Source of the DNA: Phoronis australis
Lineage: Eukaryota > Animalia > Phoronida
DNA length: 64,000 nt
Assembly: GCA_002633005.1 (NCBI GenBank)
Contig: NMRA01000438.1
Span: 62,001 to 126,000 of the forward strand
Reading direction: 5' to 3'
Part shown: positions 39,361-50,906 of the stretch, piece by piece
How the letters are laid out: each line of letters begins with the position of its first letter
How positions within the stretch are numbered: the stretch's first letter is position 1
Notes under the pieces: generated by a model
Told to the model about the DNA's origin: nothing
What the model saw: only the letters and a program-made list of their open reading frames with translations
Databases searched by the model: none
Made by a program: the position numbers and the translations under genes

Positions 39361-40903
39361 CTAAATACACCGACAAGTCGATAAGGTCCTACGTAATCTC
39401 AACCCACACTGTCATCTACCGAGTTACATTCCTTGTAACCGGTGAAGCCCATTTCCCCCCAAGCTCGTTCTTTGTCGACGTTAATGACCTGCGCAGAATG
39501 CAGGCTAACTACTCCCAGACGATAACACGGCGACCTGATGAGATAAACAACAGACCAATTCTAAAACTAGGTCAGCTGTCATTTATCATCCCGTCATAAA
39601 ATTAGACAACCTTTACTTCACAACAGGTAGCGCTATTGTGTTCACTCGACAACTCATTGAGATGTTCGTCCACATGCTAAATAGCGTAAGTTCCCGCGCA
39701 AACTCCAGACGTTCCGAATTACGATAGTACGTGCGTACGCGGACGCATTGGCACCAACCTGCCCTAGCAGTCACTTGTCTTAAGCGGCACTTGAGACGGA
39801 GGTTCCACCAACTTCAATTTTGCGGCAGCCCCCTCCCCCCAGTAATAAGGCACTGGAGCAATGACATTTGAATACGTAATCATGTCAATCGCCTTCACGG
39901 CGCTCGTTTAGTCGCTTTGGCTATTCCAAGCACTCATGCTTTACTGACCAAAAAAATTGGTACACAACACTGCAGAGTGCTTAGGGCCAGTGCGGGCCGT
40001 ATCCCGGCTCGCCACCGTGCCTTTGCCCACTGGTATGCTGAACAGTTCACTCACCAAAGGAGACAGTTGCCTGGGTGTGGGGGCCAGGGGCAACTAGGGA
40101 ACGGGCATTCTGAAAAAGACGTACTGTAGGCGTGCCAGAATACACAGAGGTGTTTTGGCCTACGGTGCGCGTGGGGATTTTGTGGAGATTGACAGGGGTT
40201 CTGCTTCAGTGTTGAGGTAAGAGTTTAGACTTGTAGACTCCGTGGGTAGCTGTGTTCCACTGAAGACTAGTTCTATTGAATCCAATTTCTCGTCAACAAT
40301 ATACCGTAGAAGACGGCACTCTACAATGTAGAAGACGGCACACTAGTGTGTAGGTACAGGTACACGTGTTATTGTGTCCAAAAAGCATGTTTACGTTAGG
40401 CACTTTCTTATCAGCCAGTGTTCTTGAACTCAAATAACTTATGACCCCGCCACTTTTTCCCGCCAACCAGATGAATTTTCCCGCCAAAACACCAATGCTA
40501 TGGGAAGGACTGATGCTGTTCTCCTACTGCAGTCGCTGTTTCACGCGCAGCACTTTCACGTACATGCATGCACGGGGAGCAGCGACTTCGGTGGGTTGAC
40601 TTGGGCCAAGACTCGACGTTGACGTTTCATATTTTAGCTATTGATAGCAACCAAGGAAAAGTACATCATAATTTCAATTACATAAATCCCTGTTGTAGCA
40701 ATGCCGAGTCATGGAATCCCTCCCTTTCACGAAGTTACAATGAGTAGCTGCAGCTAGTTCCCATAGTCAAGAAAGGAAAAAAATGCAATTTCAGAAATAT
40801 ATTCAAAGCAAACTACAAAAGTGCGGAGTAATGAAGCGGGGCACAATACCAAACTATTTCAGTTGTTTTTCATAGCAGTGTAGGGGGAACTGTTGACTAA
40901 GTC

Positions 40904-41827
40904 CAAGGGCGGATCCAGGAATTTGGGTTTCACCGGGCGCAGATTTAGATGCAGTGTATTACATCTGCACCTAAAGTCTGAAAGAACGTTTGGTCGAGGG
41001 GAAGTCCCCCAGCCCCCGTCACCAATTCCACTCCCAAGGCACCACCCCTCAAGCCTCAAGTAGCCAGGACTAACTTTTTCCAGAAATGGAAGGAATTTTG
41101 TAAATCACTCAGTGACTGAAGGGTGATTTTTGGACCTAATAAGGGGAATTTCGTGCCAATTTTAAGAGTGGTTTTCATAGGAATGAACGGGGTCGGCATT
41201 CGCCCCCCCCCAAAAAAATGAGGCTATCGCGGGCTCTGCTATAGAAATAACTGGAACATCCCAACAAGCCGGACGGGCCTATACTAATTTTCCAGCTACC
41301 CCAGTCACCGAGTCGAGTACATGTACCTCCAGCATAAATTTTGAGACAGCGGCATTACTTCAAGCGTGGTTGAAACATCCGCCCGTCAAGCTCCCAGCGT
41401 TTCGTCAAGTAGAACACATTTGAATTTATCTCATATCATCATAGACGGACTATTCTCAGGGTAGCCTGACCATGAAACCTCACCCACCCGACCAGCACCT
41501 TCCATATACTTTACCAGTACAAATATCTCCGAAAATGCAGCTGTGCAATCACGCCACGGCAGCCTGGTTCAACATTAGGTTCCAGTGAGCCGATGTCACT
41601 GCGGTTGATCCCTACACCCGGACGGAAAGGGCACAAGAAAAGCTATAGGTACCTACAGCAATATCTGCCACCCCGTTAATGAAAACAATAATATGATTTA
41701 TTGGTGCAAGACTGATGCTTAAAAGTTCCTTAACCCCTGACACGTTGACAGTAAATCTCTGGTGAGATCACTTATTTAAAATTTGGGGGACTTTTTCGTG
41801 TCATACCCTCCTCCAAATCCGCCTCTG
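40904..41827. mobile_element. Non-autonomous DNA transposon with a 5 bp TSD
   Basis: Imperfect TIR CAAGGGCGGATCC / AAATCCGCCTCTG; AAGTC at 40899-40903 and 41828-41832. Confidence 0.5.
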
Positions 41828-42387
41828 AAGTCCTAAATTTCCAAATCTAAGGTCAATAGTACGACAGGTTGGGCACTCCTGAATGGTGAATGACCAACGG
41901 CTCACTTCTACTCGACAGTTTCCTGCCATAAACGAAAGTACTGCCAAATCTCTCGTCCAGTGTCCTCAAAACAACATGGTGATGATTTAATGCACGCTAC
42001 AGACTGCATGTTAACCTCCAAGTGACCATGTACCCACTTGTACCCAAACGATAACGGTCATTCGCGTTGCCATGGAAACTAAAGGCCGTCTTGTCAATAT
42101 TAAATGACCTTGGACGGCCAACGTGCATCAAAAGAGTTACGAAACCGGCCGATACAGATCACGAGGAGGCAAACACAGTTACATTACGTTAACAGAGAGC
42201 AAGCGAGAACTTCAATCGTTTCGAAATATGTTAGCGAGGTAAATTCGGTTCCACCTTGTCCCCAGGCAACAACGACCTCCTGCAAAGGGGTAGACATTTA
42301 AGATATTCCCACACTGCGGTTCAGATTGTCCCTCAGATCAGCGAGCAAGTAACAAAATGGGAAAACACATAGATAATCCGACAAATT

Positions 42388-42533
42388 CCGTTCAGTAACG
42401 CCAGGACCTCGCTAAAAAGCAAGACTTCGCGAGAATACGTGAGATGTTGCCGTGTATTTAAAGTGAGAACACGTGACGTTGACTAGGCTTTAGCTAGGTC
42501 CTAGCGTAGGTCCTAGCGTCTACTGAACGCACG
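42388..42533. mobile_element. ~145 bp MITE family C copy 1
   Basis: TIR CGTTCAGTAACGCYAGGACCT / AGGTCCTAGCGT..CTGAACG; inverted copy at 50764-50906. Confidence 0.8.
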
Positions 42534-43394
42534 GCAGCTTTCACGAGGAAATATCTTCCCATCAACTGGCGATGGACCCCACGAGTCAAATGAATCATCA
42601 TTTAGTACAAAATGGCGGACAACCGTAAGAAAGGAATGGTAATAATACAAGTCACAAGTCTATGAGGACTTCCTCAGGTCACGTGAAAACGAAATGGCTG
42701 CCAGTCGAGAGAGCTCCTGCAGCCGGAAATGGTATGTTCATGACTTGGAAAGTTATAGTCCACAAGAACAATCAACAAGTCAAGTGGACATATACGTGGA
42801 GTATTATGTCCTATTTCATGAACCACCGAGACGTACAAGTGAATACAACTCCGTAAATTATGTTGTTCACAACTTGTATTGATAGCATGTATTTGTCCAT
42901 ATCAATGTGGCTTGTAGCAGGGTGACCCACATAGCAAGGACATACATTTGATTTATTTGGCATGTCAACAATTTAAAAAACCACAGCTAAAGTGACTTAT
43001 TTTTTATGAATCTCACTAACGCCAAATGACAGAAAAACACTAATATTCCAGCGTCAGTCAAATCTCTCCTGAATACAAATTGCCAAAACTAAACTTCCAT
43101 TCAAAGCAGAAGCAAAATGAACACCATTGGCTTTGTCATTTAGTGGTAGTTTTTGACTAAGTTATGTTGGAACAAGTGCCGGTCGTAATCTTTTTACCTA
43201 ATTAAGCTATTGCTCACTTAAAAACTAGTACTAGACACACAACCATATGTCTCAACAGGTTTGAATACAATTCAGACTATTACAAAGGGAGACAACGCGA
43301 CATTTTGCTGCCTCACGTGAGCGCAACGGCCGGAAACAATGCTAAAATGATGGAAATGTTTGACATATTCGAGTTCGATAACGGTAAGATATAA

Positions 43395-43466
43395 CAGTGC
43401 CCGCATTTTGGGAACCAGTTTTCTCCACTGAATAACAGGCATCAAACTGGTTCTCAAAATATGGGT
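43395..43466. mobile_element. Hairpin mini-MITE family A copy 4
   Basis: ATTTTGGGAACCAGTT...AACTGGTTCTCAAAAT. Confidence 0.7.
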
Positions 43467-43612
43467 TCGTTATATCTTACTAGTTGGCGTCGAGTTCTAT
43501 CCTTAATGTCCCACCACTGAATTCTCCCACAGGTATCACGATAACGAGTGCAGCGCCGCTATCACCACGTGGCGCAAACAAAACTTTTGCCAACCACGCA
43601 CATAAAACTCAC

Positions 43613-44000
43613 CCAGTCCAATTAGCCAATCAATTTGTTGACAGCAAAATGCAACTGAACAAATGATATCAAAAACAAGGGCCTTCGATGTCGTGATGTA
43701 TACAGGCCCGTCAGGGGTCGCTGTCTCACGCACAACAGATGGATTCGTACTGTCTGTCCGCAAGACAACGACGTACGCTGGGCTTGGGTGAGAAGTAACT
43801 GAAGACAAAACAAAAAATACAAAAGTTCCCTTTCAAACATACCAAAGAATAAAGTCGGTCACTCACACTTTCAACACATACTTCAATGAGTTTAAAAAAT
43901 TCCACTGAAATGAACTGTGACCTTGTTTCCGCACCTTTTTCACTATTTGAACAAAACACTCATCCGTTTACTCGCCGAGATCTGGCATCAGAGAGAAGCT
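43613..44000 (-). other. Two candidate non-coding exons (44000-43867 and 43798-43613)
   Basis: Acceptors TTTTCCCTTTCAG and TTTTGTTTTGTCTTCAG; both donors GTGAGT; a further GTGAGT donor at 44134; no joined long ORF. Confidence 0.5.
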
Positions 44001-45591
44001 CTGAAAGGGAAAACGTCAATATGACCCTAATTTACAAGCACACACGTTCTCTCAGCTTTACAGTTGTAATTGCACGAATATTAGCCGAATGGTAATGAGT
44101 AAACAAAGACGAGATATAAACCATTAAAACTCACCCTTTGCCCATTTGGTTAATAAAAAACCAAGGAGACAATTTTATCCCATTAACCACAGATACCTAC
44201 AATCAGGTTAACAACTGTTATCGCTATCCATCAAGCGGAATCTATCTTTACTGGCACGGGAATTTATCACCAGCTTTATGAATCAACCGAACGTGTAAAC
44301 CAGCATGGGTTAGTGTCGGAAGTCACGTCCTCGGGATCTCATATGACGATGGTCACATGCCACGGGGAAGGGCCAGATTTATTGGTATGAAATCAACGCA
44401 CCCATCCCGTTTATCTTTGGCGAGATTGTCGTCTTGGTGAACGATAATTTGGTTAGTTGAAAACACGTTTTTTTCAAAAAGGTGACTATATTTTTTCTTA
44501 TTTTTATCATTACTAAACTGAATAGTCATGTCAATTCAAATGTCAGGGTTTACTTGACCCTAAGGCCATGGACGGTGTCAATAATCTGTCGACATTCCTT
44601 GCCATTATCGACCACGTTTTTGAACTGTGCAAGATTATAGGCCTACGATACACTTGTGAGGAGTGGCCAAGTCATCGCAGGGATAGACTCTAGACACATC
44701 ATTGTCACGTGAGCGATATTCTGGAAGCGCGTTCCAACTTTGAATTAGGGTTTCTGATTCATCCAGAAAGTGTAACTATAGCAACAAATCTTTGGTACAA
44801 AAAGAAATCGTTGCCACATATGCCACTTGGTATACCAAATGAGCAAATATCACGAGATGAATGAACACTTAAACTGAATTGAATATGATGAAGGTAAATT
44901 TAGTTTTGCTCAACAAGACGCACGAACAATAAAATAACATGTACAACGCCTTATACTTATCGATACATCCATCCGTGGCCCGTTTCTTTGGCTCATCAAC
45001 AAAACGCAACATAATTAGTGCAGTTATCAGCACAGTGCCAACTATTCCACAAAACGGAGAAACAATGTTCATCGTCAAAACAGGATTGCCGAACTTCTAG
45101 ACTGAAAATACTGCCGTGTTAGGCTTTGACTGCGCCCGTGTGTCGCACACCGTTGTCAATTGTTCCCTCCTCCAACTTCCTCATCTTCAAACAAACCGGT
45201 GGAAATTCTCAAGCCCTCGACAAAACGCGTAAAGTAGCGGCATATATATATATATACACATATGTAAACACACTCAACCAACGCCAACGATGTTGTGTTC
45301 GTATTTCAGCATGTCCCAAAGGTTACATCGAAAACACTCACGCGCACGCCGCCATTATCTCTGACCCCGAGTGACCTATAAAACAAGTTTTCTTCAATGG
45401 CTGCGACATAGAGTCAACCCGTAAACGTGTTCACGCTTGTTTAAAAAATGACACACTAAGAAAAATGTCGACTCCTGGTTTGATGTCAATATTAGCCGTA
45501 GTGCTTAAGAAAACGACCACATTGCTTTGAAAAATCGCACCGCAAGTAACCGACATGTGATAAGTCACGTACGCCAACGGCCTTACAGAGA

Positions 45592-46215
45592 GGGAATTCC
45601 GTGACGTCAGTTCGGAATCAGACGAAAGGTCTAGTTAAGCAGTCATATGGCTATAAAAATAGCCGATACCGTCACGCTGGCCGAACGGGACTTTTTAGGT
45701 CATTGAAAGCCAGAGTTGCTCATCCGTGGCAATGATGGACCGAAACCAAACCAGAATCAGAACAATTTTTTCAGAGCGTACTTAGTGTAATGCTAAGCCT
45801 GAATTAGGCCTACACATATACAAATAATCACGTACCGTGATGAAATCAAGTGCCATTACTTTTCCAGACCTTAGATTTTATGCGATTACTGTAACTGACA
45901 CTAATTTCAGTGATGAATAATTTAGTAATCAGTGTGAATAGGTTAACTCCATTCACATAAATTATAAATTAAAACATTGCAAAATTGGGTAAAAAGCATC
46001 CACTAAAGAGAATTTCATTGACCTGGTTCTGTTGTTGACTGACCCGGTAGACAGGCCACTATAAGGTCAATCGCCTTTTCCAACAACACAGTTGCAGCGG
46101 CTGTGACCTGACCTCAGCGGCGTCAACTTTTTTCAGTGACCCCGCTTGTTTACATAACCGATATCCGAGTCAGTCACACATATGTATGTTTACCTGCGAT
46201 TCGCAGTCACGTGAC
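45592..46215. promoter_or_regulatory. Candidate enhancer/promoter motif cluster
   Basis: GGGAATTCC 45592, CRE TGACGTCA 45602, palindrome GGCTATAAAAATAGCC 45649, TGACCTGACCT 46104, forkhead TTGTTTAC 46146, CLEAR/E-box GTCACGTGAC 46206. Confidence 0.35.
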
Positions 46216-47616
46216 GCTCATGACAAGATAGCGATGATTTTAATTCACTAAACATTCTGCGTTAGTGATTACTAAAACCATAGAACTCTAGCCTTGGGCT
46301 AAAAAGTAGTTTCCACCGATTGGCATGAAGGGCGGATTAACGTCCATTAATCGGGTATGTTCATTTCGCATTGATTTTCTACTTATGGCTAAGATTTGTC
46401 ACAACTTCCAAACTTTGAAACTTGCAAAACCGGTAAGATAGTCAAAATTAAGACAAAACTTCAGTCAATAACTTAAGTCAAACTTGAGATCTCTGTCTTG
46501 AAACAGACTTGACACAAATTTAAGTTTTGTTTAGAATTCACTGAAATTTAAGATTTGTCTTAATAGCTAAGTCAGTTTTCTTGGAACTGGCCTCTGATTG
46601 GATGAGAAATGGAGTCACCAAAAGAGCCCATTTTTTGACTGGATAGTTCCGACAATTTGACGCCCACTATAGTTTTTGTTTACGACGGCCTCACAAGCGT
46701 AAAGGAGATGGCGTTATGGGAGGAATTTCTTTCAGTTAGTGCTTGTTTACCCGGACATATATTCAGCTGATCGCGAAGTCAGTTTATGATATGCTTTAGC
46801 GGCACGTCCTCCGTATATCGTTGATTGCAAGAGCTCCAAACACATAATAAAACTTTATAAGCGAAATAATGCATTTTTGTAACATTTACAAAATATGTAA
46901 TGACCTAGAATATAATGCCGTGGAGGTAGAATTGTTTCTTCGGTTTATTAAGCGGCACAGAACGCGAAAAACGGACTAAATTGCAATGTCCGCTCTGAAA
47001 CAGAAGCCAAACTGTTCGCCAGGTATTTTTGTGGTTTGCTAGTAAAAAATGTGAATTTCTGTTTATGTTGAAGTAGTTTCCCTTTTGTATCCCTTGTATG
47101 GAAAATGTGATCTTTGATGTAAACAAAACAATGGCGATCATGCATTTAACCTGGCAATTCTTTGAGTGCATTCGCGCATATATTTTATTAGGGGCGGAGA
47201 AACTGAAAACTGTATTGGAAAAAAAGAGTTGTTTTTATTTCGTCTGTGCTTCAAAAATAGCGAATCTGACGATTTTTTTCTAAAAATTCTTGCAATGTTC
47301 AAAGTAAATTACTCCGCCGCTATCATCTCCAGGAAGTAAATTCGCCACGACCTGTTTAAAAGGTATTTTTAAATGTTCTCACTGTTCATGCCTCTTTTAA
47401 GTCCAGTCATCATTATTCTAAAGGTATTCTCCAATTAGAATAAGCATTGTGAAAGTTAATAAAATCTTGTTTAGCTACAAATATTCCATGAAAATCTTGA
47501 ATAAACAACAAGGGAAAGCAAGACAAAGACATTACATGTAAGAAACTAAATTCGACAAGATCGAATCAATCCTTACTCAGTAGCCTTTTTAGAACTGGAA
47601 CTTACGTCTTCATGTT

Positions 47617-48080
47617 CAAGCTGACTAATACTATGCATGCTTGGCAAATACTATTCAAGCTTAGCAGATATTACTCAAGCTTGGCAAGCTTTTTTGGCAA
47701 ATATTATTCAAGCTTGATCAATATTATTCAAGCTTAGCCAATATTATTCAAGTTTTTCAAATATTATTCAAACTTGGCCAATATTATTAAAGCTTGGTCA
47801 ATATTATTCAAGCTTGACCAATATTATTCAAGCTTCAATTGGCCAATATTATTCAAGCTTGGTAAATATTATCCAGGCGTGGCCAATATTATTAAAGCTT
47901 GTCAAATATTATCCAAGCTTAACCAATATTATTCAAGCTTGGCCAATATTATTCAAACTTGGTCAATAATATTGAAGCTTGGTAAATATTATCAAAGCTT
48001 GGCCAATATTATTCAAGCTTAACCAATATTACTCTAGCTTGGCCAATATTATTCAAGCTTGGCCAATACTATTCAAGCTT
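47617..48080. repeat. Minisatellite with a 20 bp unit AAGCTTGGCCAATATTATTC, over 20 copies
   Basis: Directly visible head-to-tail array without spacers. Confidence 0.95.
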
Positions 48081-48865
48081 GCCCACTAAGCTGCTGACTA
48101 GGTACGTACCCAGTTGCGTCCACTCATCATGCATCAACGTCTCGTATTCGATTTAACGCTTTTGTTCACAACCATCGTTGGCCAAGGACGACAAAATGGA
48201 AATCATGCCATTCATGTCAACATAAAATTTACGAATCACATTTATGACCAACATAAACTAGTCTTAATAATAAACATAATTCGCATTTGTGTCGCGCATG
48301 ATCAATAGTGTACATGGCTCTAGTGTTGCTTTTACTTAATTGTGACATTGGACATCGTTTACTAAAGTACTCTAATAACAGGTGTTACGCAACTTTATTC
48401 TATCAAAAGACCATCTGGATCTCTGAAACCATTGTTTTGTTTTATATTATGGGGTGGGACCTGTGGTTCGGCTTTTAAAAGGTAGAGCTAGCCTTTCTAA
48501 TTTGAAAAAAACGCCATAGAAGGAAGTGAGTTCATAGCTTGCTTCAGAGGGATGTTTCACCGCCACTAACCTGTTTAGTTGAGTTTACAACTAATAAGCG
48601 CTGCGGCTGTAGATTGAGTTTATTTTCATTTTCAGTGTGTTTCTTTACATTCCTTACACAAACTTCCTTTCAAAATGCAGCGAAAATGTTAACGTAGAAT
48701 GGTTTCAGATTGAGTTCCGTAGAAGCAAGTCTCACGAAGGAAGTCGGTGCGGCCACGTGCTTCTATTATAATTAATGGCGATATTTCACAGTCTTTTGTC
48801 TTTATAGACCTCGCGCTTTCGCGATACATTCTCCATGCACCTTAGGCAAGGAATCTTTAGTTATG

Positions 48866-48941
48866 CATGGGCGGCGCAGCACTAAAAAAAGTGGAGGCTA
48901 TAGTTCCCTAGCCTCCCCCCCCCAGTGATGCACCGCTCATA
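48866..48941. mobile_element. Mini-MITE family B copy 4
   Basis: CATGGGCGGCGCAGCAC...TGCACCGCTCAT. Confidence 0.7.
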
Positions 48942-50763
48942 TACCATGGACGGCACATCGCTATGGCTATGAGAACGGAAACAGTGAACTTATTCCGTAG
49001 TTCATGAGTTCTATATCATGCTTTCCTACCTCACCGACCCATGACTTCAGTGGCCGACATTTCACTAGGCGACAGTAAAGTATCGAGCTTTTCCACGACA
49101 CCCGTGACTTCATGTGTGACTTTGCAAGAGACTTAATATCATAAAAGCACCTTAGATGGTTGGATTTTGTACTCAAAACAACTTCAAAGAACAAATGAAC
49201 ACCATTTATGACAATCACTGCCCAATTGGTCCACATGATTAACATTAATCCTGTACCATCCCATTTTTTCATTTTTCGAGAAGACATAAGGCGTTCGAAC
49301 CATGGTTTAAGACCCTGTGATTGTGTCCCCTGCATTTGATTTATGTCTACAATAAATCAACAGTTCTCATTTCCTGATTTGTGTTAGCATAAATTGCACT
49401 TATTACAGTCGTACTGATGACAAACAAATCCAAAAGAAATCCTTGTTTTTTTGCGGACGCAACTCAAATCGGAAAAACGAGAGTTTCCGACAGTGTCGCT
49501 CTCTTTTGGAAATCCCCGGTTTCCAAGCTATCCGAACTGTGGTCAACATACATATATTTTTGCACGTGTTCTTATTGCCGCGACTGCATTTAACATGGCA
49601 ACAGGCGGAATTGCTTTTGGGTCGACTTTTTAAGAATTGTTATGAATCGAATTTCACTGCTAATGCAACTACAAAAAATCTGAGTGGGCCAACGGAGGTT
49701 TTGTTGGAAAGTAATCCAAGGCAGTTGCACTCACGTGCATCCCCTGTAAGCCGAGGAGCTTATTTTTTCACGTAGGCCTCAATAACTAAACATTTCTGTT
49801 CAGTGTCATAACTTTTGAAGAGCTGTGAAGTTGATGAATAACATGTCGTAGTAATGATTCTATAATAGTCGGTGATTGATGTTCGACTGTTAGCACGTTT
49901 TAACGTGTTAAAACACTTTTACCCTCTAAACATCAGCGAAACCAGACCAACCTGCGTAATATGTGTCACGTAGTAACTACTTTGTGACGTGAGATGACGC
50001 TCTATCGTGGTATATCGTCATGGCCACGCACAACTACTTCATTATGAATATGTTAACCAAATTAATGACATGATGAAACCACGACGTCGTGTTGATTTCT
50101 TTCGATTTACTAAGCAAGCGTAGCCAAGATTTTTTGCGCAGAGACTAAGTTACAACGTGCTTTGAACAGACGCGGTAAGGGATGACGATAACAGTAGGCC
50201 TAGTGGTGACCACAGCTGATTTTTGCACGATAATTATGAACAACAACTTCTGTTGTCTTGGTGGTGCTTACTTGTTGGAAAATAACAAGTCACCACTCGT
50301 TCTCATAAGAATGCCAAAAGCTGTCGCCGAGGGGTATTTTACCGTTATTAGTGCGGGTTTCTGAGAATTCAGTTTTCGGACTGTAGGTCTTAGCTGACCT
50401 AAACTTCAGTTTTTGCTCAGAATAATGGTTGAAAACATTGAATTTCACACTTTCATAACATTGCGCAAACTTTTCGTAAATATTATCAGATGTACCCGTT
50501 GACATTTAAACAATTTCACCAATTTCAGGGTGATTTGAGGTTTAATGTAACGAATCTATAGAAATTGCTGTCTCTAAAAACTGTCATAGTGACGTACTGT
50601 ACGGATGTCTGAAAATGGTTTACTGACAAGAACTAAGAAAAGACCAAGTTGTGGGGTACTTTAAGATGCCATGTGTCATTAAATTGTGAATATGCAAATA
50701 AAGTACTAGTTCACAAACAATCCCGGGTCTTCTGGTGTGACCGACGCCACTCCGAGAACCAGG

Positions 50764-50906
50764 CGTGCGTTCAGTAACGCTAGGACCTACGCTAGGACCT
50801 AGCTAAAATCAAGACAGTAACGTGTTGTCATTTGAAATACACGGCAATATCTCAAGTAATCTCGCGAAGTCTTAGTTTTTGGCGAGGTCCTAGCGTTGCT
50901 GAACGG
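50764..50906. mobile_element. MITE family C copy 2 (inverted relative to 42388)
   Basis: Reverse-complement match along its length. Confidence 0.8.

Noticed and set aside
40056-40110. 55 nt - strand exon-like segment with good splice sites
   Set aside because: Lies in GC-rich repeat-like sequence and gives no consistent ORF with the other candidates; not excluded as a cryptic exon
44869-45078. Signal-peptide-like - strand ORF
   Set aside because: No convincing donor or downstream in-frame exon; hydrophobic ORFs are common in T-rich strands
42500-45400. snoRNA host-gene idea for the small non-coding exons
   Set aside because: No properly spaced C box (RTGATGA) and D box (CTGA) pair with a terminal stem found by eye
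47617-48080. CRISPR-like or coding interpretation of the 20-mer array
   Set aside because: Head-to-tail units without spacers; the ORF is a repeat translation
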